Below, piece by piece: positions 63,401 to 64,000 of a DNA stretch of 64,000 bases; the first letter of the stretch is position 1, and every line of letters begins with the position of its first letter. Origin of the DNA: Octopus bimaculoides (Eukaryota); assembly GCF_001194135.2 (NCBI RefSeq), contig NC_068986.1, forward strand, positions 85,138,166 through 85,202,165, in the 5' to 3' direction. The translations under genes were made by a program, and so were the position numbers. The notes under the pieces are model-generated. The model did not search any database. It had not been told where the DNA came from and saw only the letters and a program-made list of their open reading frames with translations.

Positions 63401-64000
63401 ATGCATATGATACAAATCAAAAGAGGAAAGCGTTACTCATATAGTAAGTGAATGTAGAATTCTGACAAAGACAGAATAAAGAAAATGCATGACAACCTAG
63501 GGAGAGTAATCTACTGGGAATGATGTGGAAAGCTAGGATTTGAACATGCTAAAGCTAGGATTTGAACAGGCTAAAGCTAGGATTTGAACATGCTAAAGCT
63601 AGGATTTGAACATGCTAAAGTACTAGAAAGTAAGAAATATAAGACGCTGTGGGACTTTAACATTCAGACTGACAGAGAAATAGAAGCTAGAAGGCCTGAT
63701 TTAGTAGCAGTAGATAAAGAGAATAGTAAGTGCCAGATAATTGACTTTACAGTCCCAAATGATTAGAAAATCAATATGAGAGGTATAGAAAAAATAGCAG
63801 AGTATCAGTATCTAGTCATAGAGTTACAGAGACTATGGAAAGTGCGGGTAAAATGTATTCCACTAGTTATAGGTGCATTTGGAACTATCCCTAAAGATCT
63901 GAACAAATGGGTAGAGGAAATAGGCATAAAACCCAGTTCAGTACAACTCCAGAAAACAGTGTTATTAGGGACAGCTAGGATAATTAGGAGGGTTCTTGGC
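60490..64000 (+). mobile_element. Near-full-length but decayed R4/Dong-like RLE LINE, running off the right edge
   Basis: N-terminal KWTSEEN..CYSESEP..GYRKRM; RT motifs NYRPITCLP, GCRKKARG, VWID, NHFLYMDDLKLF; RLE motifs LWDFNIQTDREIEARRPDL..IIDF..IPLVIGAFG. Many stops and frameshifts. Confidence 0.92.
63530..63617 (+). repeat. 22-bp tandem repeat x4 inside the LINE
   Basis: AAGCTAGGATTTGAACATGCTA x4; unit 2 has one substitution. Confidence 0.95.

Overview
AT-rich, microsatellite- and repeat-dense eukaryotic scaffold with about 4.6 kb of N gaps. The SINE, Penelope and LINE repertoire points to an octopus or other coleoid cephalopod; this is inference, not a database match. The only host gene I can support is the 5' part of a secreted angiotensin-converting-enzyme-like peptidase (family M2) on the minus strand. 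I reconstructed five coding exons (13895-13790, 13190-13042, 11390-11233, 9636-9404, 3261-3061), all GT-AG and phase-consistent, giving 847 nt or 282 aa. The first exon carries the signal peptide and is absent from the ORF track. The gene runs off the left end before the HEXXH exon. The other ~50 kb is degraded mobile DNA: Penelope-like elements, R4/Dong-like RLE LINEs in (TAA)n arrays, an RTE/BovB-like LINE, mariner and maT relics, MITEs and several tRNA-derived SINE families. The most unusual structures are a Penelope copy bracketed by an inverted tRNA-headed module with a decayed hammerhead-like hairpin, a ~2.1 kb nested foldback (56.5-58.6 kb), a perfect 38-bp hairpin, further palindromic elements, and a Dong cluster nested in TAA repeats. 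I see no prokaryote-type system (CRISPR, operon) and no intact transposase or RT gene.
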